A stretch of DNA of 64,000 nucleotides from Eledone cirrhosa. Taxonomy: Eukaryota. Under the pieces are notes generated by a model. The model was not told where the DNA came from. It did no database searches and saw only the letters and a program-made list of their open reading frames with translations. Position numbers and translations under genes: made by a program. Location of the stretch: NCBI GenBank assembly GCA_964016885.1, contig OZ024740.1, positions 287,060,001-287,124,000 on the forward strand. The letters are read 5' to 3'. Below, one piece after another: positions 63,161 through 64,000 of the stretch. Within the stretch, counting starts at the first letter, position 1. Each line of letters starts with the position of its first letter.

Positions 63161-64000
63161 CAGGATATATCTACAAAGATCATTGACACTGCTACTACAC
63201 CTATCACTAATTTATATATATATAACAGATGAGGTCTGTGTAGAATGATTTAAAAGTACTCATGTTGAAAAGAGGTATATATCAGAATTGATAAAAATCA
63301 TATGAGCCACTTGCTGTGAAAATCAGCTACCCATGACCACACAGGATTGATTTGTGGCTACACAATAAAGACAACAAACTGGCACAAGAAGCAAATGAAT
63401 AGCACATTCTTGGTTTATGTTAGGGGACAGAGGATCAAATACGAAATGTGAAAAGATAGATCCGGATCAGTGATTTGTAGATGTTGAACTTTATACTACA
63501 AGACTCAACTGAAAGTTCATAGGCTGTCATACTCTCATGAAATGACCAAATGAGGTTTATTTGTCAACATGGAAAGAAACAATGCATTTATTAATAAAAA
63601 GAGTTGAAATTAATACATGTAAGATATCACAGCTATGGCATTACTCCTTCATAATCACCCTATGAACTTTTCAGCCAACCCTCATATTTCCTGTCCAGTA
63701 TCAGCAGTCACATGGAACTTAGAGGTATGCTTAGAAGTTGCTCCTTGCTATAGAGCAGAAGTATATGTGGTTGTAGTGATGTAGTAATTACTGTAGCCAC
63801 AGTAGTTACTCACTTTACCTTGTTAGCAATAAACTGTTTATTTTGGAGTGTGTCAGAGGTGATATGTTCTGGTTGTCCATGAGACCCTTTCGTGTAAGCC
63901 CTATATGAAACATAGGGTACCATGCATATTCCTCCTTTACTGAGAAGAAAATGCAAACTTTTTGGGGCCATCAGGATCGTGATGAAACATTCTAAAACAA

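Overview
AT-rich, largely CpG-depleted eukaryotic (animal) genomic DNA, dominated by microsatellites and transposable-element debris. The SINE/LINE repertoire resembles what I recall for octopus (coleoid cephalopod) genomes; this is an inference, not a database result. The only host gene I can support is a glycerol kinase 5-like (GK5, FGGY family) gene on the + strand. It has two coding exons (56791-56949 and 61053-61146; the second is absent from the ORF track) and probably continues beyond the window. The rest comprises two tRNA-derived SINE families, RTE, Tx1/L1-like, CR1/L2-like and R4/Dong-like (RLE) LINE fragments, a Penelope-like GIY-YIG remnant, mariner and MULE transposase fossils, and TTAA (piggyBac-like), hAT/Charlie and Tc1/pogo MITEs. 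Most unusual observations: (1) five elements, four of them (TA)n-associated, with an inverted-plus-direct architecture and hammerhead-ribozyme-like motifs, probably Penelope pseudo-LTR derived; (2) a hAT MITE with a perfect 8-bp TSD carrying about 36 copies of a 22-bp satellite; (3) an RTE LINE whose 3' UTR is nearly identical to the tail of a tRNA-SINE in the same window. Most ORF-track entries are microsatellite or TE artefacts. I found no CRISPR array, rRNA or true tRNA gene, and I cannot claim a wholly new biological system.
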